Source: a virus (taxonomy: Duplodnaviria > Caudoviricetes). From it: DNA of 64,000 nucleotides. The position numbers and the translations under genes are program-made. Each line of letters begins with the position of its first letter. Position 1 is the first letter of the stretch. The notes beneath the pieces were generated by a model. It had not been told where the DNA came from and did not search any database. It was given only the letters and a program-made list of their open reading frames with translations. This document shows positions 30,528-41,543 of the stretch, in pieces. The stretch is from the IMG/VR virus record IMGVR_UViG_3300029305_003192; one strand, given 5' to 3'.

Positions 30528-32014
30528 TCCACCTCCTTATCATCCATCTTCAATACGAACATGTCTTTTACTTTAGAGCCTTTAAGGTAGTTAGCCACTC
30601 TATTCATTTTTGCCTGACAGTAGGTAAATCCTATGTCATATAGCATCCAGACAAATGAATTCAGACCTTCTATAGGACGACATCGTCCAGCTACCTGGTT
30701 TGTGTTTACCATATCAATCGGGACTGTCGATATGACATATCTAATCTCCGGGTCAACCACATCAACGCCGATTCCAAATGAGCCATAGATAGATACGATT
30801 ACGTCTGATAGCAGCGTAGCCTCTTTTTCATCATCGTCCACCTTACTATGAAATCTACCTACAGTAAAGATATCTTTATATCTTTCTGCTAGATAGGATG
30901 TGAGGCTATCGGTATGGTCAATGGTGTATAATAATATCAGTATCTTATAATGAACTCCGTCTGGATTTGCATGAAGTATCTGGTCGATGATTCGGCAGAT
31001 ATACATTGTGGTCAGCCCTTTATTCCATTGGTATTTAGCATACTCAGTGTGTGACCAGTTATACTTCCCACCTTGTATCTGCATAAGGTCTCCAGCCTTT
31101 GGATTACTGTCATATGTCACAAATGTCGCAATAATATGTCTGAGCTTATTGATTTCGTCATCATTGAGACGAAGCATCGGAACATTGTAGAATACATCAG
31201 TGAATGCACGAGATGCATTCAAGTTACCCCTAGTAGCATCTGCCGATAGATATAGAGTATGGGCTATATTTGTAGTAGCATTGAGCTTAACCGTAGAGCC
31301 CAGATTTAAATGAGCTTCATCAATTATCTTCAACCCTATACCGATATCATCAATCAGAGAACTGAATTCATACCATGAATTAGATTTAGCAAACGATGAT
31401 ATGGTTGCAGGAGTTGCTAGGAAGAAGTCATAATCATCATATCTCAACTTTCCATTTATCAGCTTCTTAATAACGTCTGAACCGCTAAGATGTAGCACCC
31501 TGCTACTACCAGCGGTTGATATTTTATCAATGGTCTTTTCCCACTGCTGGAGTATCTTAAGGCTCTTACATACAACCAAGGTCTTAGTCCTTAGATGTAA
31601 GCTAAACGACACTCCGAGAAATGTCTTCCCGAACGCAGTGGGCACATTCAGGAAGACCTCACGTGATTTATTTCCTATAAGTCTCGTCATGATGTCTACC
31701 TGGTTATCACGTAACTTTACTGTATCCTTCAAGCGACTCTCCATATTCGAGCGTCTGAAAGGATGCATCCTGATAACCTTGTAATTTGGAAACCACGCTT
31801 TTAATTTGCTCAGTGATACGTAATGGGAGAGGAAGCAACAGTCTTTCTCTATCGGAAATCCCGTGGTGAAATTCCTCTTATGATATACATTATCATAGTA
31901 CGAGCAAATGTTTTCAAGTTCGGGACACTGTCCTTTGATATACGGATATATAGCAATACCGTTCTGATATACCAGTATGGTATTGTGATTGTCAAAGTTA
32001 TTGCTAAATGACAT
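30524..32014 (-). CDS. SF2 DEAH-box helicase (UvsW-like)
   Basis: LRDNQ Q-motif, VPTAFGKT, IIDEAH, LSAD, QVAGRCRP. Confidence 0.85.
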   Translation of the reverse strand: MSFSNNFDNHNTILVYQNGIAIYPYIKGQCPELENICSYYDNVYHKRNFTTGFPIEKDCCFLSHYVSLSKLKAWFPNYKVIRMHPFRRSNMESRLKDTVKLRDNQVDIMTRLIGNKSREVFLNVPTAFGKTFLGVSFSLHLRTKTLVVCKSLKILQQWEKTIDKISTAGSSRVLHLSGSDVIKKLINGKLRYDDYDFFLATPATISSFAKSNSWYEFSSLIDDIGIGLKIIDEAHLNLGSTVKLNATTNIAHTLYLSADATRGNLNASRAFTDVFYNVPMLRLNDDEINKLRHIIATFVTYDSNPKAGDLMQIQGGKYNWSHTEYAKYQWNKGLTTMYICRIIDQILHANPDGVHYKILILLYTIDHTDSLTSYLAERYKDIFTVGRFHSKVDDDEKEATLLSDVIVSIYGSFGIGVDVVDPEIRYVISTVPIDMVNTNQVAGRCRPIEGLNSFVWMLYDIGFTYCQAKMNRVANYLKGSKVKDMFVLKMDDKEVE

Positions 32015-32859
32015 TAGCTCACTCCTTTAAATAAGAAGGTATGTCTGATATATGATATATCAGACTCATACGGCTCTCTTAATGAGAGTTGTGGATAGTT
32101 CTGGTACTTCAGAATCGAATTCTTAAATACGACTGATATGAAGTTGACCAATCTGTTATTATGTGCTTCGGCATGGCTTATAACGCCATTATCAGTTGCC
32201 TGCTCGGACAGAATTAATTTGAGATACTCTGGGTCCATAGTAAATGATGCGTCCTCACCATTAATAGTACCGCAATAATCAGTCATTACCGCAACAGGCT
32301 CGAATATATACTGAGTATAGTCTCCTGACAAGATATCTCCACATGTATCGTTGAGCTCCTTCATACTAGAGCTACAAACGTCTTTAAAACTATCGTAATC
32401 GCGGTAGAAGAAATCCTGTCTGAGTGATGGCACTCTCATATCCATAAGAACCCTCTTACGTGCTCGGTGCTGAATCATTAATTCTGGGACTGTACCAGGA
32501 GGCATTAATCTCTTCCAATTGTCACTGGCAATTGAATCGAATCGGTTCACATTATCGATGCCTCGGTTGGTATTCCAATCGCGCTCTATTTCACGAACGC
32601 GCTTGATTGCATCATGCGCCATCTTGATGGATTGAATTGGATGGATTTCTCTTGATATCTCCACACCATCAAGGTTGAATCCTGTCCTCTTAACTTCGTC
32701 TTCGATTGATTCGGTTCTCCACGACTCCATACCTTTAGCAATCTCCGGGTGCTCAAGGATGTCACTGAGTCTAAACTTAGGCATGAAATCTGGGTCACAC
32801 CTAACCTGCTTATGTTGGTCCATATTTAATGAGCCATCCTTACCGAAATAATCTGCCAT
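32014..32859 (-). CDS. Hypothetical protein
   Basis: 281-aa ORF, AAGGAG SD, TAATG coupling to the helicase. Confidence 0.65.
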   Translation of the reverse strand: MADYFGKDGSLNMDQHKQVRCDPDFMPKFRLSDILEHPEIAKGMESWRTESIEDEVKRTGFNLDGVEISREIHPIQSIKMAHDAIKRVREIERDWNTNRGIDNVNRFDSIASDNWKRLMPPGTVPELMIQHRARKRVLMDMRVPSLRQDFFYRDYDSFKDVCSSSMKELNDTCGDILSGDYTQYIFEPVAVMTDYCGTINGEDASFTMDPEYLKLILSEQATDNGVISHAEAHNNRLVNFISVVFKNSILKYQNYPQLSLREPYESDISYIRHTFLFKGVS

Positions 32860-32936
32860 ATTTTACATCTCCTTTTTATAGTCATCTCACGCGGGGTGAG
32901 TGTTGTAATAATATACAATCGAAATTTAAGTTGATA

Positions 32937-32970
32937 AATTACCGACTGATGATATCATCAGTCGGTAATT
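32937..32970 (-). terminator. Palindromic hairpin after the RNAP beta' gene
   Basis: aattaccgactgatgat|atcatcagtcggtaatt perfect palindrome. Confidence 0.7.
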
Positions 32971-32974
32971 GTAT

Positions 32975-35101
32975 TTAGAATCTATCGAATCTATCCTTGC
33001 GGTCAAGAGTTGGATGGTCATCAGGCAGAACGTCTGCAAGATTTGTAGCAAAGAGTGGGTCGATAGATGACGGCTCTGTCTTTGTATAGAATCTTGGGTC
33101 GAGTAACTGCTTTCTGAGATTTGTCTGACGCATGGAGTCGATAGGCGATGCTGAATTAAACAGTGAGTCATTAATAGACAAAATCTGATAATCATCATGG
33201 TCTCCAGTAGGTCCGAAGTCCGGGAAGGAGTATATATCAGAACGCTTTCTGATAAGACCACGGATAATCATTTCGTCATGTACTGCATCGATGCGGATAT
33301 CAGATTCAAACTTATTAGCAAGCATATTCTGACACAGCTCATCGATAGTAGTATTTGCGGTAGCTGCTTTAGTATTGATAAGTGCCTTGATACGTGCAGT
33401 AGAGTCAATACTGTCTTCAGATGAAACTGATACGTTGAAGATACTATCGGTTGCATCAATATCGTCAAATGCCACGAGTAACTGCTTTGTGCTCTTAGAA
33501 CGCTTAATGAGAGCCTTCAGTGAGTCTGAGAAGTACAGCTTAATTTCATGGTCAGGTACGACGTTGTAGATAACATTAGAACGTGCATCCACTACCTTAT
33601 ATTCTGTACAGTAGTACTGTACATTGTCATCAGAATCTTCTTCCTTGAAGATTTTATCGATAAGGAGATACTGGTCCTGGTCAGTGCTAGTATCGTCCTT
33701 GAGAACGATATCAGATGAGATGAATTCAAAGTCGCGATTGAATTCCTCGTTGAATGCGATGGACTCGGAGTTGGTCTGGTTAATATGCTTTGACTTCAGA
33801 GTACGCTGCTTCAATGGCTCCGTCTCAACGATACCCGCATAAGCACCAGCAGATGCAAGGTTCTGGTTATTTGAGAAGAGTTTACCGTAGCAGTACATAC
33901 AAACCATTCCATTATCAGAGTTACATGTACATGGACTTCTGAACTGAAGAGTTCTTCCGATGAGGTGCTGGTCCTTAAATCTGTCAACACACTTCATCTT
34001 ATTTCCATCCTGGTCGTCGTAATAATAACGGCCATTAAGTGCTGTTAACCACTGCTGGTCAATGATGGTGTACTGAAGCGTTCTTGTAGAGTCGCACATC
34101 TCATAGTCTGTTCGGAGAAGGACATGTGCAGCACTGTTAGCAACACGTTTAGCATATGTGCCTGGGTCCTTCATGTTAATCTTAGAGTCGATTGTAGCCT
34201 TACGAGCAGCCTGAGCATCAATAAGGAAGTCAGCCGGAGTAATCATACCATCAACGAAAATGTTGTGATTAATCATATATGGAATTACGTGACCGTCAAG
34301 GTCAGGCTTAAATCCAACGCCGACCATAACTTCCTGGAACTGACCCATAGACATAATCTTACCTGCCTTAAAGATAGGTGCCAGGTCGCAATCACTGTTA
34401 CGGATAATATCAGCAAGTTCATTGGTACGCTCTTTAAAGAATGCCTCAATTTCACTTGGCTGCCAATCCGGATTTGGTTTCTCTGTCATAATCTCCACAA
34501 TACGTGGATGTTTCTCTGCAGTCTTGCAGATGTTATATACGGAAAGTCCGCCACCTGCAATAATTGAGATATACTTAGCAACTGCAGTTATATTAAAGAT
34601 GATTTCATCGATGATTGCTGACATTGTATCTGAGTCAACCTCAATCTGTCTTACATATTTCTCATCAATGAAGTCATTGATAGCCTCGATAGGTTTATCG
34701 ATAAAGTTATATATGTAAGATTCGTCCATGATGTCCACAGAGTCTGTAGCAGCAAATGCATACCACAGAATCATGTTGGATAAGAAGTGTCTCATCTGAA
34801 GAGAATATGGCTTGGTCTTATCGGACTTACGAATCTTAAAGTGAATAATTCTTGTGCGGACTTCTTCATATTCGAAGCCCCACTTACATAAATCCCACAG
34901 GTTCTGGTATACTACGGACCAAGTGGTTTTATTCTGAAGAATCTCCTCGAGGTATAACATCTTATGAGGACCATAAAGTTCCATCAGCTCCTCGAATGGA
35001 AGAGCCGGTGGACCACTGTAGTTTATCTTCTGCAGAGCTTTCTTCTCGGATTTGCTCAGCGTGCTGGTAGCAACATGCTGAGCGAGCTTTGATTTTCCCA
35101 T
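32975..35101 (-). CDS. Split RNA polymerase beta-prime C-terminal subunit (probable non-virion RNAP)
   Basis: Bridge-helix-like AARKATIDSKINMKDPGTYAKRV, Zn site DC..RSPCTCNSDNGMVCMYCYG, trigger-loop-like EPLKQRTLKSKH, AVHDEMIIRGLIR. Confidence 0.85.
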   Translation of the reverse strand: MGKSKLAQHVATSTLSKSEKKALQKINYSGPPALPFEELMELYGPHKMLYLEEILQNKTTWSVVYQNLWDLCKWGFEYEEVRTRIIHFKIRKSDKTKPYSLQMRHFLSNMILWYAFAATDSVDIMDESYIYNFIDKPIEAINDFIDEKYVRQIEVDSDTMSAIIDEIIFNITAVAKYISIIAGGGLSVYNICKTAEKHPRIVEIMTEKPNPDWQPSEIEAFFKERTNELADIIRNSDCDLAPIFKAGKIMSMGQFQEVMVGVGFKPDLDGHVIPYMINHNIFVDGMITPADFLIDAQAARKATIDSKINMKDPGTYAKRVANSAAHVLLRTDYEMCDSTRTLQYTIIDQQWLTALNGRYYYDDQDGNKMKCVDRFKDQHLIGRTLQFRSPCTCNSDNGMVCMYCYGKLFSNNQNLASAGAYAGIVETEPLKQRTLKSKHINQTNSESIAFNEEFNRDFEFISSDIVLKDDTSTDQDQYLLIDKIFKEEDSDDNVQYYCTEYKVVDARSNVIYNVVPDHEIKLYFSDSLKALIKRSKSTKQLLVAFDDIDATDSIFNVSVSSEDSIDSTARIKALINTKAATANTTIDELCQNMLANKFESDIRIDAVHDEMIIRGLIRKRSDIYSFPDFGPTGDHDDYQILSINDSLFNSASPIDSMRQTNLRKQLLDPRFYTKTEPSSIDPLFATNLADVLPDDHPTLDRKDRFDRF

Positions 35102-35113
35102 AGTAATTCTCCT

Positions 35114-36952
35114 TTATTTTAAGTCAATATTAACCTGAGGATAACTCTTACGAGCTTCAGGTACCTTTTCGATAATCTCGATGGTCTCATTTGCGATATC
35201 GAAGAGGTCGTTGTATGCTTTAAGTGCTTCATCAAAGTGCTCCTTATTATCATAAGGCAATTCGATATTCCACTTAGCATCGGAAGAGATATCGATAACT
35301 TCACCAGTATTGATATCTACTGGCTGGATGTCTTCTTCAGTATATACTGATTCGCCGATAACATCTTTCCATGTCTTAACGTCCTTATATGTATCATACA
35401 TCATGTGGGAAGGTTCCCATGTTGGTGTAAAGTAGAATCTGTCGTAGATGTTGACGAATGGTGTAAATGAACCGCTCATACCGATATCGCTATTTGATGT
35501 ACAGTTAGGGTCGATGATACCTACGAAACTTGGATGGATGTCACGCATCTTGAGGATAACATTCTTCGTAGATTTCTCACCAAGTGCTTCAGGACCCTTT
35601 GTACTGTATGCGAGGTCAAGAAGCATAGTACAGTCATTTACGACATCATCTGGTTTGATAAGGTCCGAGAGATTTCTCATACCGTTAAGTATGATGCATG
35701 AGCTATAGTTGAAGAGCTCGAGGAGCGAATCGATATCGTTCTGTCTTGAGTCAGAAAGCTTTGAAATGAGTGAGTTAATCATTTCGGAAATCTTTCGACC
35801 AAGTGTAGAATCTACGATATATTCGTTCTTACGAATTCTCTTAGTAGTCACGTCAATATTGTCTTTAGCCTTGAGCTCGTCATAGTCCATCATCATCCAA
35901 CGAAGTACACAGTAGATGTTCTCCTTATGTGCTTCAGGGAGTCTAAGGCTTCTGATAGTGAGCTCTTTAAGATGTCTTTCAAACATGAGAAGTGTCGTCT
36001 TACCCTTCTCCTTGAAAGCAGTGAGACTCTTATCCTTTGCAATAGAACCTACCAGACCGAGTCTACAAATCCAGTAGTTCTTGTCATATACATTCTCCCA
36101 TGTGACTGGATGATCACGATTTGAGAGATGGTAGAGCATACCAGTCATAGACTGAATAAACTCATTATTATCAAAGAGCTCCTTGCTAACCTTAATGAAG
36201 AGCTCATCGAGTGGGAAATAATAATACTTCTCCTTAGCACTCTCACGTACAGTCTGTACGATAGTAATGGCGTCCTTTACGCCAAAGAATGCAATGGTGT
36301 CATATATACCAACCTTGGCACTCAGTACGAGCAGAGGATTGAGGAATTTATTCTTCTGCTTACCAACTCTTGCTTTAGGTCCACGACGCTTCTTAGATGA
36401 GTCCATCGCAATAGAATACTGCTTGAATGTATATGGATTACCATCAATATCTGTCATTGGACGGTTGGCCTGCTTATAGAGGGTAAGGGGCATTCTACTC
36501 TTAAGAGTAATACGACCGCGCTGAGTATATACAGACGCCTCAACGAGCTGCCATATAGCCTTAGCCCTCTTATTATTCATGAGGAAGAAGCCATCCATAG
36601 GCTTCGGAAGGAGGATGGATTTAACAATCTTTCGCTCCTCCAGATTGGTACGTACTGTGAAGTAGAACTTCATCTCAGTACAGATATCTTCATAGATATG
36701 CTTGAAGTTCGGAATTGGGTCATTCTGTTTCTTCTTCTTGTAGTTAATGTTGATACGATGCTCGTTCATGTTAATCTCGTCCATATCATTGATAACTTCA
36801 TATTTATCAAGAGTGATATTTTCGATAGCTTCGTATTCTTTCATGATACAAACTACCAATTCCTCAAATGAGTAGTCATTTTCCGACCTCAGGAATTCGT
36901 CATTATAGTCTTCCGTAGTCGGATGTTCGTAAAGGTGAATGTAATCTTTCAT
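35114..36952 (-). CDS. Split RNA polymerase beta N-terminal subunit (probable non-virion RNAP)
   Basis: LLPKPMDGFFLMN..QLV and STKGPEALG..MRDIHPSFVGIIDPNCTSNSDIGMSG (beta region D: RDVHPSHYGR.CP.ETPEGPNIGL). Confidence 0.85.
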   Translation of the reverse strand: MKDYIHLYEHPTTEDYNDEFLRSENDYSFEELVVCIMKEYEAIENITLDKYEVINDMDEINMNEHRININYKKKKQNDPIPNFKHIYEDICTEMKFYFTVRTNLEERKIVKSILLPKPMDGFFLMNNKRAKAIWQLVEASVYTQRGRITLKSRMPLTLYKQANRPMTDIDGNPYTFKQYSIAMDSSKKRRGPKARVGKQKNKFLNPLLVLSAKVGIYDTIAFFGVKDAITIVQTVRESAKEKYYYFPLDELFIKVSKELFDNNEFIQSMTGMLYHLSNRDHPVTWENVYDKNYWICRLGLVGSIAKDKSLTAFKEKGKTTLLMFERHLKELTIRSLRLPEAHKENIYCVLRWMMMDYDELKAKDNIDVTTKRIRKNEYIVDSTLGRKISEMINSLISKLSDSRQNDIDSLLELFNYSSCIILNGMRNLSDLIKPDDVVNDCTMLLDLAYSTKGPEALGEKSTKNVILKMRDIHPSFVGIIDPNCTSNSDIGMSGSFTPFVNIYDRFYFTPTWEPSHMMYDTYKDVKTWKDVIGESVYTEEDIQPVDINTGEVIDISSDAKWNIELPYDNKEHFDEALKAYNDLFDIANETIEIIEKVPEARKSYPQVNIDLK

Positions 36953-37052
36953 TTATTTAGCCTTCCTTCTCGCCTATCAACCGGCGAATTCTTATACCTT
37001 TTTAAGACCAATAGTACATTTTTAGCTCTAAATTATCTATGTACCGAAAAGA

Positions 37053-37088
37053 AATCACACATGACCAGAAATCTGGTCATGTGTGATT
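37053..37088 (-). terminator. Terminator hairpin
   Basis: aatcacacatgaccaga-aa-tctggtcatgtgtgatt. Confidence 0.7.
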
Positions 37089-37098
37089 ATATTAATCA

Positions 37099-38370
37099 TT
37101 ATACGCATTCGTTGGTACAGATGATTACGTTTCCATCTTCGGTAACGGCCCTAGGGTATGCACCATCGGTCATATTATATATATTCGGAAATGGATTATG
37201 AAGCCCGTCGATCAGTACATCTGGATCATGAACCAACTGTTCGATATCTTCGAAGCTAAGAGCATGTGAATCTATAGTACGTAATCCGGATATATCATCA
37301 AGTTCATCCGCATCAATATGATATAACTCCACCAGAGATATTACTTCATCCTTAGGCTTATCAATATATCTCGAGATAGCAACTTCATTGTTTAAGAAGC
37401 ATACTTTAACCTCAGGCTTCGGTGCTATGAGTGAAAAGTACGTTGATCTCGGAACTGCAAATTCTACCATAAACTGAGAGAATCGGCGAGGTGCTACTCC
37501 ACGGTATTTCTGTTCAGTGTCTGCTGTAAATACCAGATATCCAGATCTCGCAATATTGGCTGATATTGGGGCAACTGCTGTACCCATATTAGTTGTACAT
37601 ATTTCTCGATCGGATATAAATCTCATATTATCGTTAATAATTTTGAGCAAACTCCTTCCTCGTGATGAGTATACCGATTTATCAAACTCGTGGTTAATAA
37701 ATGCAAAATCGTCAAGCGGAATGAAACATTTAATATATTCTCCGTTTTTACAGTCATCATCACTGAAATGTGTACATAACGACAGTCTTCCGATATCATA
37801 TTCCGGCTCATTATATCTTGAACCATATACCTCCTTCTTAATAGAAATTCCCCTTCTTTCAGCATCGACCTTCTCGACTGCGTCGATAGTATCTGCAACT
37901 TCTCTTACGGCCTTAGCGAATCCTTCTGGAAGGATAGCACCATTCTTATGAGTAGCGAGGATTTCATTCTTGATACCTTCGAAATCCTTATAGAGGCCCA
38001 TCGTTCTCTCGTCTGGAAGAGCTGCCTTAGTAGCTTCTTTTTCTTCCGTATGAGCGATGATTACTGAAGCTGTCTTAACCTCCGGAAGTACAACTTCTTC
38101 CTTTACGGGTTCAACAATTTCCGCTTCTACGACTTCAACATCATGCACAGGAATATTGACTGCATTATTATGTGTAGCTACATTAGAAGCCTTCTGCTGC
38201 TTCTTGGCCTTCTTCTTACTCTTCTTAGAGTTTACCTTGTTAGTGCCAATATGCGGATTTGCCATCGCCGATTCAATAGCAGCCATAGCTGAACTTGGGA
38301 TTGATACTCCGCCCGAATTTGCGAGGGGAATAAGTGGTGTAGGTGCTGTTTTGTTGATAATTGTTGCCAT
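37099..38370 (-). CDS. Hypothetical protein with low-complexity N-terminus
   Basis: Start MATIINK behind AGGAGG. Confidence 0.65.
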   Translation of the reverse strand: MATIINKTAPTPLIPLANSGGVSIPSSAMAAIESAMANPHIGTNKVNSKKSKKKAKKQQKASNVATHNNAVNIPVHDVEVVEAEIVEPVKEEVVLPEVKTASVIIAHTEEKEATKAALPDERTMGLYKDFEGIKNEILATHKNGAILPEGFAKAVREVADTIDAVEKVDAERRGISIKKEVYGSRYNEPEYDIGRLSLCTHFSDDDCKNGEYIKCFIPLDDFAFINHEFDKSVYSSRGRSLLKIINDNMRFISDREICTTNMGTAVAPISANIARSGYLVFTADTEQKYRGVAPRRFSQFMVEFAVPRSTYFSLIAPKPEVKVCFLNNEVAISRYIDKPKDEVISLVELYHIDADELDDISGLRTIDSHALSFEDIEQLVHDPDVLIDGLHNPFPNIYNMTDGAYPRAVTEDGNVIICTNECV

Positions 38371-38399
38371 GGTAAAAATACCTCCTAAAATAAAATTGT

Positions 38400-38427
38400 A
38401 TCCCGTAAGCGTCATCGCTTACGGGAT
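38400..38427 (-). terminator. Hairpin
   Basis: atcccgtaagcg-tcat-cgcttacgggat. Confidence 0.6.
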
Positions 38428-38447
38428 TATGGTTTATAAATGTGATG

Positions 38448-39188
38448 TTAACGCTCGGTCTTTGAGTCAGACTTTACGTTAAGTTTTGAATCCTTTGAAG
38501 GGTCACATGTGAATGTGAATGCATCCTTCTTAGGTTTATACTCGACCTTAATAGTCATGACGTCGAGTAATTCAATTTCGCACGAGTGCGCGGAATTGCC
38601 AGCCGCATTACGCATTGCGACTAACGTAGCATGCTGAATGAAAAGCAGTGCTACGATGTATATTGACCAGTCCTCGGGATTAACCCCGAACTTATAACCA
38701 GTCAATAACTTTGCTGTCTGGGTCTGGATGAAGCCGAGTGTTATTCGGTCTTCCTCACTGAAGTTCTTGACTACTGGGACATGGATAATACTGCCTCCCA
38801 GTGCGATGTCAAGCATACCAAGATTGATTGGTGTACGATTTACAATTGCATTCACAATCTCACCTGGACTTATTGTACCAACGCGATTACCTGTCTTCTC
38901 GGCAGTGTCGTTGGTTCTGGAATCAGGCTCCAGTATTAAGAGTCCTCCCACATCTAAATAGTCGTGGGTATCCAGATATACGGTACACATATAAAGATAC
39001 ATGACCGTGATGGTGTAGAGCATGTATGGTTCACCACTCAGGTCTAAACCACAATGCTTGAGTATGGGGTCATTGATAACTCCACGCTCAATCTCTTTAA
39101 TAAGGGCTTCTTGAATACCCTTCTTTGGGCGTAAGTTTTTCTTACCGCCCTGTTTGTCCAACTTTCTTACGTTATCCATTTTGACCAT
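38448..39188 (-). CDS. Hypothetical protein
   Basis: 246-aa ORF; TATATATCAT motif at 39214-39223 upstream. Confidence 0.65.
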   Translation of the reverse strand: MVKMDNVRKLDKQGGKKNLRPKKGIQEALIKEIERGVINDPILKHCGLDLSGEPYMLYTITVMYLYMCTVYLDTHDYLDVGGLLILEPDSRTNDTAEKTGNRVGTISPGEIVNAIVNRTPINLGMLDIALGGSIIHVPVVKNFSEEDRITLGFIQTQTAKLLTGYKFGVNPEDWSIYIVALLFIQHATLVAMRNAAGNSAHSCEIELLDVMTIKVEYKPKKDAFTFTCDPSKDSKLNVKSDSKTER

Positions 39189-39228
39189 CCTTTCTGCTTT
39201 AATAGTCGATAGAATGATATATACTCAT

Positions 39229-41412
39229 TTATCGAATTTTAGATAGAAAATTATCGATATCCTCTCGTCGGATAATTGGCATTCGGTGCTTTCGAGCCTT
39301 CTGTAACTTCTCAGTGTTAGCGCTTGTATTTGCCGCAATCAGTGCTATACAGTCCTTATTGAAGCCAGATATCAATTCATATCCTCGTTTATTGAGCTCT
39401 GCACGAATCTCTGCTTTGGCATCTTTACCAAAGTCTGTACATGCAAAATTACCGATGAACTTCTGAGACTCTACGATGGTAAACTCATCGAGCAGTCCCA
39501 TTATCTCTTCACTGTTATCGGCGAAGAATGATGCAACTTTTCTTGCACTGGATGGTCCTATGCTCTTAGCATCCATCATTCTGTCCATGATGGTGAATGA
39601 CCAGCCCTTCTTAAGGAGTCTTATCAATTCCTCGATAGATGTGATGTTTGCAATCTTCTTAGCAGTCTCAAGGCCAACACCAGGAATATTGAGTGCGTTG
39701 ATAAATTCAGCCTCTGTTATAGAACGCTTATACAAGCTCTCAATCTCACTAATGAATGCATCGATGTTATTATTACCCCATCCTGATACACGGGACATCT
39801 TCTCACGGAAAGCTTCTCTATCATATTTGATAGCTTTAATGAGGTCAAGTGGACTTGAAATGTGTGTATTGTCATATACATCTCCAAACGATTCATCGGA
39901 GAATCCTTCCATACCCAGACGGGTAGCAAATTCAATAAGTCTTCCTACAACTCTGCGAGAACAGTCCTTATTCGGACATACGCAGTAGTTACTTCCGACT
40001 TTATTACCGTGCTCATCGATGGTAGATGTATGATTAAGTGTGGAACCACAGTATGGACATTGCATACTGAATTTAAGTCTCTCACCGCCGTTATATTTAA
40101 CGACTCTCTTAAGCATTGGGATTACGTCACCAGATGATTCGATTTCAACCTCATCACCGATATGGATATCAAATGACATAGCCTTACTCATAGTTGAAAG
40201 AGATACATCCGTTACTACGGTCTCATTAACGATAGTCTCTGTAATCTTAAGCATCGGTGTGGCTCTACCACCTCTACCGATACTCATATAACCGTATTCC
40301 ACTATACCAGTACCGAGCTTGTCGTTAATCTTAAAGGCATATGAGCAGCTCATGGCATCGTCTCTGAATCCTTTATATGAGAACATCGGAGCTCCTGTTA
40401 TGTCACCACGATAACTGTCATAATCTGACTCTGGAGTAACATATGCTACAACACCATCAGTTCTGAATGGATAGTCAGTACTATGGTATTTATCCATAAG
40501 CTCTCTTGTTAATGAGAGTAACTCCTTTCGGAACTCTCTTTCGTCTGTCTTTGACATATAATAACCTATAGACTTCTTATGTGGTCCAAGGCATCTGTCG
40601 GTACCAATGAAGCTATAGAAATTACCATCCTTGATAACCAGTGGCATTATTGTGATATGGTTACCATACTTGATATTCTTAGGGCTTCCTACAATACCGC
40701 TTATTGCGGAACGTGGATTTGCATATATGCCCTTAAGATGCTCGAAGTCTTCTCTACTACAAAGAACTTCACACTTAATGGCACCTTTCTCAATGTGTCG
40801 TGCAAGCTTCTCGATCTCGTCAAAGTTCTTAGCTTGCTTGAGGAGCGGGAGGATGTTCTGACCTTTCGCTCCATCTTTTCTTGTAACTGCATTGACAACC
40901 CAGCCATCGACAACGTTGATACATGCAGATACACCATCGTACTTCGGAGCAAATATCACTCTAGCGTCTCCGAACATATCGATGAATTTATAGAGGTTAT
41001 CAATAAACTCTCCAATATCATGAGTCTTATTGATAGAACCCACCATATCAGGGTTCATGTGTGGAATTATATCCCACTTGGATTCCGTCTCCATACCAAC
41101 TGGCTCAAAGTCTGTAGTTGTAATCATTGGATGACCATATCTCATATAGATCTTCATGAGTTCATCATACTTAGAGTCGGATACCAGCAGATATGAATTC
41201 TTGCTGTATGTGTATACAATCATACACAGATTAATAAACTTCTTGAGAACTTGGTCACTAATGATATAACCATTCTCGTCCATATCAGTCACGTAGTCGA
41301 CATAACGGTCGAACTCAAACTGATAATTTGCCAATGCGGCGACTTCAATGTTACCATTCTTCAAGTCTTTGTAAATGGTATTGATTCTTTTCTCAACTGA
41401 ATTAATTGCCAT
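39229..41412 (-). CDS. ligA: NAD-dependent DNA ligase
   Basis: SDSKYDEL, PKYDGVS adenylation motif, NPRSAISG, TDGVV, GDVIP, CPYCG..C...C Zn finger, HhH and C-terminal BRCT; start MAINSV. Confidence 0.9.
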   Translation of the reverse strand: MAINSVEKRINTIYKDLKNGNIEVAALANYQFEFDRYVDYVTDMDENGYIISDQVLKKFINLCMIVYTYSKNSYLLVSDSKYDELMKIYMRYGHPMITTTDFEPVGMETESKWDIIPHMNPDMVGSINKTHDIGEFIDNLYKFIDMFGDARVIFAPKYDGVSACINVVDGWVVNAVTRKDGAKGQNILPLLKQAKNFDEIEKLARHIEKGAIKCEVLCSREDFEHLKGIYANPRSAISGIVGSPKNIKYGNHITIMPLVIKDGNFYSFIGTDRCLGPHKKSIGYYMSKTDEREFRKELLSLTRELMDKYHSTDYPFRTDGVVAYVTPESDYDSYRGDITGAPMFSYKGFRDDAMSCSYAFKINDKLGTGIVEYGYMSIGRGGRATPMLKITETIVNETVVTDVSLSTMSKAMSFDIHIGDEVEIESSGDVIPMLKRVVKYNGGERLKFSMQCPYCGSTLNHTSTIDEHGNKVGSNYCVCPNKDCSRRVVGRLIEFATRLGMEGFSDESFGDVYDNTHISSPLDLIKAIKYDREAFREKMSRVSGWGNNNIDAFISEIESLYKRSITEAEFINALNIPGVGLETAKKIANITSIEELIRLLKKGWSFTIMDRMMDAKSIGPSSARKVASFFADNSEEIMGLLDEFTIVESQKFIGNFACTDFGKDAKAEIRAELNKRGYELISGFNKDCIALIAANTSANTEKLQKARKHRMPIIRREDIDNFLSKIR

Positions 41413-41454
41413 CGTATCATTCCTTTCATAATATTGTGGTATTTGCTCATAACG

Positions 41455-41487
41455 ATGATATATATTTTTCAATATTTACGTAAAGGT
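41455..41487 (-). promoter_or_regulatory. Putative early-type promoter (ACCTTT-N17-TATATATCAT)
   Basis: Recurrent motif upstream of the ligase. Confidence 0.55.
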
Positions 41488-41543
41488 TTTTACGGTGATA
41501 AATTAATACAAAATTTCATAAAACTTAGAGGAGGAAATAAGTT